Below, piece by piece: positions 9,823 through 20,295 of a stretch of 64,000 bases of DNA (the stretch's first letter is position 1; each line of letters starts with the position of its first letter). The stretch covers positions 2,254 through 66,253 of the forward strand of contig JAWOJY010000003.1 in NCBI GenBank assembly GCA_033854515.1, given 5' to 3'. Source of the stretch: Nitrospirota bacterium (GTDB taxonomy: Bacteria > Nitrospirota > UBA9217). Both the position numbers and the translations under genes were made by a program. Below the pieces are notes generated by a model. That model was given only the letters and a program-made list of their open reading frames with translations, was not told where the DNA came from and searched no databases.

Positions 9823-10173
9823 ATGATCACCCTCCCCTCGCCCCTGGGAAAATCCCTCCCTCGGGAAAAGGGAGGCCACGCAGGATTTATCGAGATCATA
9901 ATGCCCGACAAGCCTGTTGAATTTCCCATAAACGGCATTCTTGACCTCCACACCTTCCATCCGGGAGACGTGAAAGACCTCGTGCCCGATTATCTGGAGG
10001 CCTGCCGCGAGCGCGGCATCCTGCAGGTGCGCATTATCCACGGCAAGGGGAGCGGCACCCTGCGGCAGACAGTCCGTTCCATTCTTGAAAAACTGCCCTA
10101 TGTCGATTCTTATCGTACCGCGGGAGAAGATGAGGGAGGGTGGGGAGCAACAATCGTTATGTTGCGGGAATAA
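9823..10173 (+). CDS. Smr domain protein (MutS2 C-terminal-like small nuclease domain)
   Basis: [19 protein letters not shown]...[14 protein letters not shown] is a Smr-domain signature (LDLHG..., HGKG). The start is uncertain and the ATG at 9901 would give about 90 aa. Confidence 0.55.
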   Translation: MITLPSPLGKSLPREKGGHAGFIEIIMPDKPVEFPINGILDLHTFHPGDVKDLVPDYLEACRERGILQVRIIHGKGSGTLRQTVRSILEKLPYVDSYRTAGEDEGGWGATIVMLRE

Positions 10174-10229
10174 CCGGAGCCGGGCCGAAAGCGTCGGCGT
10201 GCACGGTTTCTCGTGTTGCGGGAACGTTC

Positions 10230-11687
10230 TTACGTAGTACTTCTAAGCGGGATCTTGAGCCGCTGCCCGACACGCAGGTAATGACCGCCCCGGAGTCTGT
10301 TTGCCTCGATGATCCGCCGGGCGCTTGTCCGGTACCTGAGTGCGATGAGCGAGAGGGTTTCGCCCCGCCGGACGCGATGGACCACGTATTCCACCTTGGG
10401 TGGAATCCACTTCGGCATCTGATCAAGGGCCGCGGTCAGCATTTCCGCCCTACCTACCGGAACCTTGAGGGCATAGGGCGTGTCGGGAGTGGCGCTGCGC
10501 CGCAACTCGGGATTGAGCGTCGTGAGGTCTTCAAGATCGACCCCCAGTTTATCAGCAATGGATTTTAAATGAATCGGCCGATCGACGGTGACGGTCTCGC
10601 AGGACAGGGGTTTGTCGGGATCTTCCAGCGTGAAGCCGTACTGGGCCGGGTCCTTGATTATGGCGAGGACCGCGAGAAATCTGGGAAAATACCGTGCAGT
10701 CTCCCTCGGAAGCCGCTCGTAGAGGTCCCAGAAGTTGTCGAGATAATCCACTTTCTGTTCTCTGATGACGCGGGCGACCGAACCCTCCCCGCAGTTGTAA
10801 GCAGCAAGCACCGTGGCCCAGTCGCCGAAGATATCATGCAGTTCCTTGAGGTAGTCGATTGCCGCTTCCGTGGACTTCGCCGGGTCGAGACGCTCATCGA
10901 TCCACGTGTTCCGCTTGAGCCCGTACTTGTACCCGGTCGATGGGATGAACTGCCAGAGTCCGAGGGCGCGCGAGCGGGACAAGGCCCTGACTTTGAACCC
11001 GCTTTCGATCAGGGGCAGCCACGAAAGCTCCTCGGGAAGGCCGGCCTCTTTCAATGCCTTCACGATATCTGCGCGGTATCTGCCCGATCGCTTGTAGGCT
11101 TCCATAAAGAAATCGCGCTCGATCGTTTGAAAGGACGCAATCTCGCGCTGCACGTGATCGTTCATGGTCATGGGGATTTCCTTGTGATTCCCCTTCACGG
11201 CAACGTGACGGGACGCGTAGATCTCCATAATCCGCTTCGAGATCAGGTACCTCAGGTCTTCTTTCTGCTGGGCCAGCTTCGGGTTCGTGTCGGGCACCTT
11301 CAATATCAAGGCATATGCCTCGTCCAAAGCATCGATGGCATCGTCCATGTCGCCGTCAGCCCAGTCATCTTGGGACGTTTCGGTGAGTTCAAGGGCCGTG
11401 TCGAGGCGGCTCTGATCATCGTCGCCGTTTTCCTTCTTTTTTGCGTCCTGGTTGCTTTTATTCTCGACCGGAGGCTGCGCAGCTTCGCCGTTCTCCGTTA
11501 CCATGGGCGTCGGTGACGTCGCGACGGGTTCGAGAGGTGCTTCGACCGCGGGCGCAGCAATTGCCCTTGGAGAAGGCCCTGTTACGATGGAGTCCTGATC
11601 GCTGATGAGATGGAGATTTTTGGGATGGCTGCAGCCGAAAAAGATGAGAAAGGGAAAAAGTATTACATATGTAAGGAGGGTTTTCAT
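10230..11687 (-). CDS. mltD: Membrane-bound lytic murein transglycosylase D-like lipoprotein (SLT domain plus C-terminal LysM)
   Basis: Signal peptide with Cys (LIFFGCS). The SLT catalytic region reads EAGLPEELSWLPLIESGF...GLWQFIPSTG. The C-terminal LysM is YVVHRVRRGETLSLIALRY...GQRLKIP. Confidence 0.8.
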   Translation of the reverse strand: MKTLLTYVILFPFLIFFGCSHPKNLHLISDQDSIVTGPSPRAIAAPAVEAPLEPVATSPTPMVTENGEAAQPPVENKSNQDAKKKENGDDDQSRLDTALELTETSQDDWADGDMDDAIDALDEAYALILKVPDTNPKLAQQKEDLRYLISKRIMEIYASRHVAVKGNHKEIPMTMNDHVQREIASFQTIERDFFMEAYKRSGRYRADIVKALKEAGLPEELSWLPLIESGFKVRALSRSRALGLWQFIPSTGYKYGLKRNTWIDERLDPAKSTEAAIDYLKELHDIFGDWATVLAAYNCGEGSVARVIREQKVDYLDNFWDLYERLPRETARYFPRFLAVLAIIKDPAQYGFTLEDPDKPLSCETVTVDRPIHLKSIADKLGVDLEDLTTLNPELRRSATPDTPYALKVPVGRAEMLTAALDQMPKWIPPKVEYVVHRVRRGETLSLIALRYRTSARRIIEANRLRGGHYLRVGQRLKIPLRSTT

Positions 11688-12062
11688 GATGACTTGCGGT
11701 CGATAATATACCAAAACAAAAGCAAATGCAAACGTTATTTATGAAAAACGCATCATTTTTTTAGACCGTAAAAAGTGTAACTTGAATCACATTTCCGGGT
11801 CCTGCATCAAACTAAGCGCCAAATGACGAGCAATATTCAATGAACAGATTTTCCTGCGAAAGACGGGGCGAACACAAACGCACAACGAGGAGAAATAAGA
11901 GCGCGGCGGCGGGGACTCGATCCGCAGTTCCGGGCACCGTATCAGCACGGGAACTGTACGCGGATATCGTGTTTCCTTCATTCACAATGGTCAACAATGA
12001 ATGCCCCGTGTCACGGCCGAAAAGCCATGAACGGGGCATTGAGGCGACAGGCGTTCATGAGA

Positions 12063-13235
12063 CTATTTTTTAGTCACCATAGAAAGCGCCATTTTGAGAC
12101 TTACTCTCATACGGTCGAATGAGCGGATCAACAAACCGATCTCATCCGTACGGTCGGATTCCATCTTCTTCTCGACATTGCCCATACTGACATCGATGGC
12201 GTGCCGGGACAGACCGATCAAAGGAACGATTATCGCTCCGTTGAGATAGCGGAAGGTGAAAAAGGAAGAGACAGCGAGCAACCCGAGTGCAGCTACGATA
12301 AGGTACAGGATACTGGCTTTTGAATGATTGACCTGGGCCGTAACATCGCTCAAGACCATCACCACGCCGACCGGTCTGTCGGCTGCATCGGTTACGGGAA
12401 ACGCGCCCTTCATCAAGACCCGCGTACCGCGCTTAACGGTACCCAGAAAGGTTGAGTTCTTGACCGACTGAACATCGTCTTCTTTGAAAACATTTGAAAT
12501 AAAGAACTTGCGATCACCGAAGGTTTCACTCACCAATACGAACTTTTTCAGATCGTCCCAGTCGTCGCGCTGCCTGGTGTTCCGCCTGACCAGCCGGTAA
12601 TCCTGCTCATTCAACAAATTTTTGCTGACGAGAACCAGTATATCGCTTGCCGTCTCGCTTTTCACTAATTCGTCGAAGTGGTTAATCTCTTCGCCGAACT
12701 CGATAAACCCGATCTGTTTGCCCTGGTAGCGGTAGGGAGATACGACCCTCAACGCGAATGCGGTCTTGCCCAGTTCTATCCCGCTCGACATCTTTCCCGT
12801 TTTCTTCGCCTGTTGATACGTAACGCGGTTTATGACATCGTCAGCGAGCTCGGGCTGGTGCATGCGCAAAAAGCAGGTATCATCGCTGTTGATGTAATAA
12901 AAGTGCGTTATACCGTAACGATCACGGTTGTTCAGAAACAACTCTTTCCCCGCCTCAAAGAGCTTGACGCGCTCCCGTTGGCTGTAGAGCTGTTTGCACG
13001 TCTCATTTCTCGAAAAAACATCAAGAGCGGCTGAGAGCATCTTGGTGTCGTTCCTCATGATGCTGTCGTAAATGCCGTGAATATTTGAAATCGTCTGGAG
13101 TGAGCTGATCTGAAGGTTTCTTTGAAAGGAATAGATAACAATTCCCACAAAAACGATCGTGAGGAGAATTTCCGACACTAAAATAATCCGGATAATTTTC
13201 CCTTTGATGCCTCCTTTGATTTCCTGGTCTTCCAT
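12063..13235 (-). CDS. Membrane sensor with a periplasmic Cache-like domain and a C-terminal HAMP domain; no recognisable output domain
   Basis: TM helix at the N-terminus, an extracytoplasmic region of about 250 aa, a second TM helix (ILYLIVAALGLLAVSSFFTF) and a HAMP-like segment (IVPLIGLSRHAIDVSMGNVEKKMESDRTDEIGLLIRSFDRMRVSL) after which the ORF ends. Confidence 0.6.
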   Translation of the reverse strand: MEDQEIKGGIKGKIIRIILVSEILLTIVFVGIVIYSFQRNLQISSLQTISNIHGIYDSIMRNDTKMLSAALDVFSRNETCKQLYSQRERVKLFEAGKELFLNNRDRYGITHFYYINSDDTCFLRMHQPELADDVINRVTYQQAKKTGKMSSGIELGKTAFALRVVSPYRYQGKQIGFIEFGEEINHFDELVKSETASDILVLVSKNLLNEQDYRLVRRNTRQRDDWDDLKKFVLVSETFGDRKFFISNVFKEDDVQSVKNSTFLGTVKRGTRVLMKGAFPVTDAADRPVGVVMVLSDVTAQVNHSKASILYLIVAALGLLAVSSFFTFRYLNGAIIVPLIGLSRHAIDVSMGNVEKKMESDRTDEIGLLIRSFDRMRVSLKMALSMVTKK

Positions 13236-13251
13236 GTACCTGTCCCCCTTT

Positions 13252-13803
13252 TTACGAAATTATTGCATTAATCTCTTTCACGAATTCGTCTCTATTTTTC
13301 GCGTCTTCTATTTTTTCTTTCAAGAGGCCGACGAGTTGGACTAGATTTTGTCTGGATGGAGGAGAAGCGGGGTTCCACTGTTCAAGAGCCGCTGAAAAAA
13401 TAATTTCTCCCACAGGGCCTACTTGCCGCATGAGGGCCACCTTCAATTTATTTTGTATGTCCGCAAAGTTGGTTGCCTCTCCCATGCCCCGGGGAGTTTC
13501 GTCAAGGTCCGCGCCCTTATCCAGCTTTTTTAATTGCTCGACGACCGTTGCAGTCGGGATGGCGCAGGTATCTTGTACGGTGACTTTCAAGTCGTTTGCA
13601 AAAAAACATTCCGACAATTCGAGCCCTTCACAATTAACCAGGCATTCAGCACCCCTGAGGTTTCCATACACCATGTGATAAATTTCTCCACCTGCAAAGA
13701 AGATCTTTAAATGGTGTTTGCCGTTTTTTACGACAGCGGAGAGCAGTCCTGTTTGTTTTTTTTGAATGATATCGGCAATGATATGGGAGAAAGTCTTCTT
13801 CAA
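13252..13803 (-). CDS. DUF4388-like domain protein
   Basis: FSHIIADIIQKKQTGLLSAVVKNGKHHLKIFFAGGEIYHMVYGNL fits the DUF4388 N-terminal pattern (L..lLQ.l...kkTG.L.v.....g.i.f.nGeiv.A); the gene is 17 bp upstream of the Cache-HAMP gene. Confidence 0.5.
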   Translation of the reverse strand: MKKTFSHIIADIIQKKQTGLLSAVVKNGKHHLKIFFAGGEIYHMVYGNLRGAECLVNCEGLELSECFFANDLKVTVQDTCAIPTATVVEQLKKLDKGADLDETPRGMGEATNFADIQNKLKVALMRQVGPVGEIIFSAALEQWNPASPPSRQNLVQLVGLLKEKIEDAKNRDEFVKEINAIIS

Positions 13804-14002
13804 GATTCATCCCCCCCTTTGCAATCGTTTCAGATGTGTCAAAGTTGAACGCATTATACTAAAGTTTTTTAAAAAGTCAATTTTTTCCTGCATTGTCAAT
13901 GTATTACGAAACTATTTCCTATAAAAACGCATTGTTATGCGCAATAAAACAATGTTATGCACCTTACTGCAAAAAACGTATCTGCCTTTTTGCAATATTT
14001 TT

Positions 14003-14755
14003 TTAAAGCGATTTTACAGAATGGAGGAATTCCATCGAGTCGAGCTTCTTGCCGAGAATATGAAAGGTATGGGCGGAGAAAGTCCGTTCGAGTTCCTGCA
14101 TGATGGCTGCGGATGGCTTGAGCCTGCACACGGTGTCCATGTCCATCCTGAGCGCCTGGTAGTAAAAACCGACCGCGCCGGCGGACAGCCGCACCTGCGG
14201 CTCTCCTGAAGAGACAACGCAATCCGGGCAGAGCACGCCGCCCTTCATGCCGTGGAAGACGATTTCCCCTTCCGGCTGCCTGCCGCACGAAAGGCAGCGG
14301 TCCAGCTTGGGCTGATAACCGAGGAGCGAGAGAAATTTTATCTCGAAGACGCGGAGCAGAAAATGAGGATCTTCACCGGCGTTCAGGAACTGCAGGACAC
14401 GAGCGAAGAGCCGGAATGCGGATTCGTTACACTCCCCTTCAGGCGCGAACTCTCCTACGAGTTCCAGCATCACCGCCCCTGCGGCCGTGCGGTCCAGGTC
14501 GCTGCAGATTCCCATGGCCGGCGCAATGATGTCCGATGACTCTATCCTCAAAAGTTCCTGGTGCTCCCGTTCGAAAAGAAGGAGCCTGCAGTGCGTAAAG
14601 AGCTCGAGCCCGGCGCCGAAACGCTTGAAGGACTTCCTCGCGTTCTTCGCAACGCCCTTAAGCTTGCCCCGTTCGAGGGAGAAAAAGGTAACGAGCTTGT
14701 CCGCCTCGCCCAGGTTCATGGTGCCGATGATGATCGCTTCGACTTTGGATTTCAT
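14003..14755 (-). CDS. recO: DNA repair protein RecO
   Basis: N-terminal OB-fold (AIIIGTMNLGEADKLVTFFSLERGKL) and a C-terminal Cys4 zinc motif (CLSCG...CPDC); lies immediately downstream of era, the classic arrangement. Confidence 0.85.
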   Translation of the reverse strand: MKSKVEAIIIGTMNLGEADKLVTFFSLERGKLKGVAKNARKSFKRFGAGLELFTHCRLLLFEREHQELLRIESSDIIAPAMGICSDLDRTAAGAVMLELVGEFAPEGECNESAFRLFARVLQFLNAGEDPHFLLRVFEIKFLSLLGYQPKLDRCLSCGRQPEGEIVFHGMKGGVLCPDCVVSSGEPQVRLSAGAVGFYYQALRMDMDTVCRLKPSAAIMQELERTFSAHTFHILGKKLDSMEFLHSVKSL

Positions 14756-14903
14756 GATTTATACAGCCAGCAGCCGCCCCGATAATCGGGACGCATATGC
14801 AAACTGAAGTCTCAACTGGCGATTATCAATTGCGATAGCAGATGGCAAGGGTCAGTCCGTCCCCGTCAAGCAAATTCATGTCCGACACGCCAGAAATCTC
14901 TCA

Positions 14904-15806
14904 TCATTCCTGCTCACCCAGGATCCCAAGATTTTTGAGCATGCGCTCATCCTCTCGCCAGCCTTTCTTGACCTTTACCCAGAGCTGAAGGAATATCCTG
15001 GTCCCGAGCAGTTTCTCCGCGTCCTGCCGAGCCATCGTGCCGATCTGTTTGAGCATGGCGCCTCCCTTGCCTATCAGGATGCCCTTTTGGGATTCCCGCT
15101 CCACGTAGATGATGGCGTTGATGCGCGTGAGGTCCGGTTCTTCCTTCATGTCCTCGATCACCACGGCTGTAGCATAGGGAATCTCTTCCTTTGTAAGGGT
15201 GAAGATCTTCTCGCGGATCAGTTCGGAGACGATGAACCGCTCGGGCTGGTCCGTCAGCTGGTCTTCGGGAAAATACCTGGGCCCTTCCGGGAGCCGCCTG
15301 ATAACGGAGTCGATCAGGTCCCCGATGTCGCCCACAAGCGCGGATATAGGGATGATCTCTGCGAAGGGATAAAGAGCGCTGTATTCCTGGATCAGGGGAA
15401 GGAGCAGATCTTTTTTCACGAGATCGACCTTGTTGATGAGCAGAAATGCCGGCGTCTTCACTTGCGCAAGGGTCTCGATAATGAACTTGTCGCCTGCCCC
15501 GGGCTCCTCCGTCGCCTCGACGAGCATGAGGATCACGTCCACCTCGTTATACGTCGCGAGGGCGGTACTCACCATGTATTCGTTCATCTTATGCAGAGGT
15601 TTGTGGATGCCCGGCGTGTCGATGAAGACCAGTTGCGCACCGGGACGGTTCACGATGCCGAGAATCCTGTTTCTCGTGGTCTGGGGCTTGTCGGAGATGA
15701 TGGCGATCTTTTCACCGAGCAGGTAATTGAGGAGCGTGGACTTGCCGACATTCGGCCGGCCGATGATGGCGATGAAGCCGGAGCGGAACTTCTGTACCTC
15801 GGTCAT
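14904..15806 (-). CDS. era: GTPase Era
   Basis: GFIAIIGRPNVGKSTLLN (G1), DTPG (G3), NKVD (G4) and a C-terminal KH domain; start set at MTEVQKFRSGF, matching the E. coli Era N-terminus. Confidence 0.9.
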   Translation of the reverse strand: MTEVQKFRSGFIAIIGRPNVGKSTLLNYLLGEKIAIISDKPQTTRNRILGIVNRPGAQLVFIDTPGIHKPLHKMNEYMVSTALATYNEVDVILMLVEATEEPGAGDKFIIETLAQVKTPAFLLINKVDLVKKDLLLPLIQEYSALYPFAEIIPISALVGDIGDLIDSVIRRLPEGPRYFPEDQLTDQPERFIVSELIREKIFTLTKEEIPYATAVVIEDMKEEPDLTRINAIIYVERESQKGILIGKGGAMLKQIGTMARQDAEKLLGTRIFLQLWVKVKKGWREDERMLKNLGILGEQE

Positions 15807-15931
15807 GGCGGTAGAATACCCGAATTCGTTCGTCGGCGCAACAGAAAAGCCGGCCGGGAAGAAGATGCTCGCAAAAGATGGAATCCACTGCACGGAGGGT
15901 TTCAGCGGATGACGTCAGAGCTGATTCGCTG

Positions 15932-17623
15932 TCATTGTTTGCGAAGCGTGAGTTGTCCGCATCCGTCTTCATTGCCTAACTCGCAGGCCTTCCGATAGTC
16001 TGCCATGGCAAGCTCCTTTCTGCCGGTTCGGGAATAAAAGATCCCGCGATTATAATACGCAACGGCGTACGTTTCATCTATAAGAATTGCCGCACTAAAA
16101 TCGTCTATCGCTTTGTCGTATGAACCCGTCAGCCCGTATATCACTCCCCGATTGTTATACGATCGAGAATCGGATGGATCCAGGGCGATTGCCATGTCGA
16201 AGTCCTCCATTGCCTTGTCGAACTGTCCGTTTTTTCCATAAGCCAGGCCCCGATTATAATAGGCAACGGGTGCTCTCGTAGGCTCTTGCTGAATAACAGA
16301 ACTCCAAAGGCTGATGCTGTTTTTCCAGATACCAATTTGTTTAATAGTTAAATAAGACAGAGGAACAATCAGGAGAACAACGGCAGCGACCGAGATCACC
16401 ATGCTGGACATCTCCCGACGTTTTACGATATGCAGTTTTCTCCAACTCAGCGCCGCCGTTAAACCTATGAGAAAGAATGGCCCGAGACTGGGCAAATAAG
16501 AATATCGATCGGCTATGAATTGATTTCCCACCTGAACAATGCCGAGCACGGGCATCAATGTTACCACATAATACCCCCAGACTGATAACCACAACTTCTG
16601 TTTCCGAGCAATAAAGACACAAGTCACGGTGATCCCGATCACCAGCGCAATTGCCGAAAGATATTCAAACGATAAAAGAGACACGTCCAGGGGATAGGGA
16701 TAAAATGGTATTAAGTTAAAAGGCGCCATCATCTTCACGAGATAGGCTATAAGGGCTTTCGCGGCTACGAGCAGCCGCGTTGACAAGGGTGCGAACTCGA
16801 TCGGCACAAGGGCCCCTCCCGAACGCTGCGCCAGCACGGTCAACACCGAAGAAATAAGGCTCAGAATAAGGAAAGGAAGTTTTTCGACAACTGCAGTAAC
16901 GCAGGTTTTCAGAGAGCGAATTTTACGGAAAGGATACCAGTCTAAAATCAGTAAAACAGCGGGAAGACTGACTGCCATCGGCTTACTGAACGAGGCAAAA
17001 ATAAAAAACACAAGAGAAAGAAAATAATGCTTGTTTGAAAAAGGCAGGATTGTCTTATTTTGAATGATGCTGTCGTCGGAAGCATACACATAACGCATAT
17101 ACTGAAGAATGCTGAGCATGAAAAAAAAAGCGCAGAGGACGTCTTTTCTTTCAGCAACCCATGCCACCGATTCGACATGCAGCGGGTGAAGGCCGAAAAG
17201 TATGCCTGTGACTCCCGCCGTTACCAATATCACACGCTCATCCTGCAAAACATCGTCCGCTCTTGTTTTCTCGCGTGCCAGTTCAAGAAGTCTTATTATC
17301 AGAAATACGGCCACATACGTATTGACTGCGTGAAAAAAAGCGTTTGTCAGGTGATGCCCGAGAGGATTGAGACCCCACACAGCATAATCAAGGGCATGAG
17401 ATATCCAGGTCAGTGGATGCCAGTTGCCTGCGTGAAAATCAAGAAATGCCCACTTGAGAAACGCGCCGTTTAATGAACGAATAGAAGGATTCTCGAAAAC
17501 ATATACGCCATCATCCCACTCGACAAATTCGTTGTTAAGAGACATCAAATATACTGCAAAAGTAAGAAAAGAAATTGCCGCTGCCAGATAATATCTTGCG
17601 CGCCCTGTTCTTTTCATATTCAC
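15932..17623 (-). CDS. Polytopic membrane protein with C-terminal TPR repeats (TMTC/PMT-like glycosyltransferase family 39-like, DUF1736-type)
   Basis: About 11 TM helices; HAGNWHPLTWISHALDYAVWGLNPLGHHLTNAFFH is a DUF1736/TMTC-like signature; the C-terminus carries at least 3 TPR units (YYNRGLAYGKNGQFDKAMEDFDMAIALDP ...). Confidence 0.7.
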   Translation of the reverse strand: MNMKRTGRARYYLAAAISFLTFAVYLMSLNNEFVEWDDGVYVFENPSIRSLNGAFLKWAFLDFHAGNWHPLTWISHALDYAVWGLNPLGHHLTNAFFHAVNTYVAVFLIIRLLELAREKTRADDVLQDERVILVTAGVTGILFGLHPLHVESVAWVAERKDVLCAFFFMLSILQYMRYVYASDDSIIQNKTILPFSNKHYFLSLVFFIFASFSKPMAVSLPAVLLILDWYPFRKIRSLKTCVTAVVEKLPFLILSLISSVLTVLAQRSGGALVPIEFAPLSTRLLVAAKALIAYLVKMMAPFNLIPFYPYPLDVSLLSFEYLSAIALVIGITVTCVFIARKQKLWLSVWGYYVVTLMPVLGIVQVGNQFIADRYSYLPSLGPFFLIGLTAALSWRKLHIVKRREMSSMVISVAAVVLLIVPLSYLTIKQIGIWKNSISLWSSVIQQEPTRAPVAYYNRGLAYGKNGQFDKAMEDFDMAIALDPSDSRSYNNRGVIYGLTGSYDKAIDDFSAAILIDETYAVAYYNRGIFYSRTGRKELAMADYRKACELGNEDGCGQLTLRKQ

Positions 17624-17829
17624 TCCCCCGGTCAGGTCATTACTCTGTTATCCTGACCCGGCCAGTGTTAAACTCTTTCCGGCGCTTACACGATCACCGG
17701 ACTAACGCATAATAACCGAATTCAAAGCACTATTCGACTCAAAATATATATCACAAAAAAACAATTTAGTACAGATTAAGTCATTCATTCTTGAACTCTT
17801 TTTGCGTCGACGTACAAACACTTTCCATT

Positions 17830-17859
17830 TGACAAGCACACGTAATTATCGGTATTATC
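17830..17859 (+). promoter_or_regulatory. Sigma-70-type promoter of nadA (TTGACA-N18-TATTAT), giving a near-leaderless transcript
   Basis: A perfect -35 hexamer and a good -10 sit 8 nt upstream of the nadA ATG at 17868; there is no Shine-Dalgarno between them. Confidence 0.4.
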
Positions 17860-17867
17860 ACATAGCC

Positions 17868-18860
17868 ATGGCTTTTCAGGAAATCAACGTTCTTCGCGAC
17901 AAGATATTGAAGCTCAAGAAAGACCTGAACGCGATAATCCTCGCCCACAATTACCAGCGTCCCGAGGTCCAGGACATCGCGGACATCACCGGCGACTCGC
18001 TCGAGCTTTCCCGCGCCGCCGCCAAAACCGACTACAAGGTGATCGTGTTCTGCGGCGTACACTTCATGGCCGAGAGCGCCTCGATCCTCTCGCCGGACAA
18101 GACCGTGCTCCTGCCCGAGATCAGCGCAGGCTGCCCCATGGCCGACATGGTTACGGTGCAAGGGCCGCGCAAAACGCGGAGGGATTTCTACACGGACGTG
18201 CTCGGGATCACCTTCGAGTTCGCTGACGAGTTCACGCTCCGGGATATGAAGAAAAGATATCCCGGCGTGCCCGTTGTGGCCTATGTAAACACATCGGCTG
18301 CGGTCAAGGCGGAAAGCGATATCTGCTGCACGTCGTCAAACGTCGTCAAAGTCGTCGAGTCCCTCAAAGAAGATACGGTGATCTGCATCCCGGACCGGAA
18401 CCTCTCCTCCTATGCAGCCAAAAGGACGAAGAAGAAAATCATCTCCTGGGACGGGTTCTGCAACGTTCACCATGCGCACCTCGATATCATAGACGTAAAA
18501 AATGCAAGGGCCGAGCACCCTGGCGCCCTTCTCGTCGTCCACCCGGAGTGTCCTCCCGCGGTGCAGGACCTGGCGGACCATATCACAAGCACCTCGGGCA
18601 TGCTCCGTTTTTGCAGGGAGTCGAACCACAAGGAATTCATCATCGGCACCGAGGAAGGCATCCTCCATCGTCTTAAAAAGGACAGCCCTGACAAAAGGTT
18701 CTACGTATTGAACAAGGAAATGGTCTGCCCGAACATGAAAAGGACGAAAATCGAAAGTGTTCTTCGGGCCATCGAAAAGATGGAATACGTAATAAAGGTG
18801 CCGGAAGAAATACGCGTCCCGGCCAAGCGGGCGCTGGACCGGATGCTGGAAATACAGTAA
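17868..18860 (+). CDS. nadA: Quinolinate synthase NadA
   Basis: [16 protein letters not shown]...[12 protein letters not shown]...PDRNL and the overall 3-repeat NadA layout, about 330 aa. Confidence 0.85.
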   Translation: MAFQEINVLRDKILKLKKDLNAIILAHNYQRPEVQDIADITGDSLELSRAAAKTDYKVIVFCGVHFMAESASILSPDKTVLLPEISAGCPMADMVTVQGPRKTRRDFYTDVLGITFEFADEFTLRDMKKRYPGVPVVAYVNTSAAVKAESDICCTSSNVVKVVESLKEDTVICIPDRNLSSYAAKRTKKKIISWDGFCNVHHAHLDIIDVKNARAEHPGALLVVHPECPPAVQDLADHITSTSGMLRFCRESNHKEFIIGTEEGILHRLKKDSPDKRFYVLNKEMVCPNMKRTKIESVLRAIEKMEYVIKVPEEIRVPAKRALDRMLEIQ

Positions 18861-18934
18861 ATCAGTTCAGAGTTTGGAGCAATACATGCAAGAGCTTCAA
18901 AACTCTCAACTTCTGGCTCAATACGTTGAACTCT

Positions 18935-20038
18935 ATGCAGATAGCTATTCTCATAATCCTGGCGGCGGTTCTTCTCATCCTTTTCTGGTCGGTTCTGCAG
19001 TCGCAGAAGAAAGGGGCCGATCCCACGGTTTCTTTACTGCAGCAGGAAGTGCAGTCTCTCCGTGGCCAGCTTACCGAGGCGATGCTCAAAAGCCAATCCA
19101 CGGTCAACCAGCAGCTCGCCCAGATCACGTCGCAGGTCAATACCCAGCTCAACCAAGTGGCCCAGCAGCTCCAGAAGTCGACCGGTGATTTGAATTCACG
19201 GCTGGACAATGCCGCCCGTGTCGTCCAGGAAGTAAGCAAGGGGCTCGGCAGCCTGAGTGAAGCCACAAAAAAAGTATTCGACGTAGGAAAAGATATCGCA
19301 AGCCTGCAGGAGATCCTTCGCTCGCCCAAGCTGCGTGGCGGACTCGGTGAACTCTTTCTCGGCGACCTTCTGGCGCAGATATTCCCGCCGGCCCACTATT
19401 CGCTCCAGCACCGGTTCAAGAGCGGCGAAGTCGTGGACGCAGTGCTCAGGATCGGTCATAACCTCGTGCCCGTGGACGCGAAATTCCCGCTTGAAAATTT
19501 CAAACGAGTCGTGGAAACTTCAGTCGAAGAAGACCGTCGAACTGCGAAGAAAAAGTTTATCGCCGACGTAAAGAAGCACATCGACGCCATCGCCGTCAAG
19601 TACATCCTCCCCGATGAGGGGACCTTCGACTTCGCGCTCATGTACATCCCTGCGGAAAATGTGTACTACGAGCTCATCATCAGGGACGAAGCGGTAGACA
19701 CCGACAAGGCGCTCCTCAATTACGCTTTCGCCAAACGGGTCATCCCGGCCTCGCCGAACAGTTTCTACGCCTACCTCCAGACCATCCTCCTCGGGCTCAA
19801 GGGAATGCACATCGAGGAGCAGGCGCAGGAGATCTTAAAGAACCTCGCCAGGCTTTCGGGTGATTTCGAGAAGTTCAGGACCGATTTCGAACTGGTGGGA
19901 AAACATCTCACGAATACGAAGACGAAATACGAAGAGGCTGACAAGAGGCTTGCGAAGTTCGGCGACCGGCTGCAGGTCCTGAGCGGCGCCGAGCCCGAAA
20001 CCCTCATTGAAGAAGAGACCAAAAAACTGCCCTCGTGA
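18935..20038 (+). CDS. rmuC: DNA recombination protein RmuC
   Basis: N-terminal TM helix, a long coiled-coil, and a C-terminal RmuC domain (GELFLGDLLAQIFPPAHYSLQHRF...VPVDAKFPLENF) that aligns, from memory, with E. coli RmuC. Confidence 0.8.
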   Translation: MQIAILIILAAVLLILFWSVLQSQKKGADPTVSLLQQEVQSLRGQLTEAMLKSQSTVNQQLAQITSQVNTQLNQVAQQLQKSTGDLNSRLDNAARVVQEVSKGLGSLSEATKKVFDVGKDIASLQEILRSPKLRGGLGELFLGDLLAQIFPPAHYSLQHRFKSGEVVDAVLRIGHNLVPVDAKFPLENFKRVVETSVEEDRRTAKKKFIADVKKHIDAIAVKYILPDEGTFDFALMYIPAENVYYELIIRDEAVDTDKALLNYAFAKRVIPASPNSFYAYLQTILLGLKGMHIEEQAQEILKNLARLSGDFEKFRTDFELVGKHLTNTKTKYEEADKRLAKFGDRLQVLSGAEPETLIEEETKKLPS

Positions 20039-20118
20039 TCGACGGCACTGTGGGACCTAAAGGGTAAATCTCCCTATGACGCCTCGGAAGTGATTCCTCA
20101 ACGTCTAGAAGAGTCCTC

Positions 20119-20295
20119 TTAATTTCCCTTTCCCATCTTTTTTGGCGTCTCAGCAGAGTCGTCGTGAAGTCCTTTTTTGAACCCTTTTACCGCCTCGCCG
20201 AGGTTCCTGCCGAGCGACGGAAGCTTTGAAGGGCCGAAGACCACGAGAACGATGATGAGGATGAGTACCAGCTCAGGGAAACCGAGTCCGAACAT
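20119..20295 (-). CDS. tatA: Twin-arginine translocase subunit TatA/E
   Basis: MFGLGFPELVLILIIVLVVFGPSKLPSLGRNLGEAVKGFKKG is a canonical TatA N-terminus; RBS AGGAG 8 nt upstream of the internal ATG. Confidence 0.8.
   Translation of the reverse strand: MFGLGFPELVLILIIVLVVFGPSKLPSLGRNLGEAVKGFKKGLHDDSAETPKKMGKGN

Noticed and set aside
10569-11516. 315-aa plus-strand ORF
   Set aside because: Antisense to the MltD-like gene; no motifs.
18874-19188. 104-aa ORF on the plus strand with a good RBS (GGAG 8 nt before ATG) that overlaps the start of rmuC in another frame
   Set aside because: The rmuC frame gives a protein that aligns along its whole length with RmuC. The alternative frame is Ala/Pro/Gly-rich high-GC read-through with no motifs. 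The RBS probably serves rmuC, or is fortuitous.
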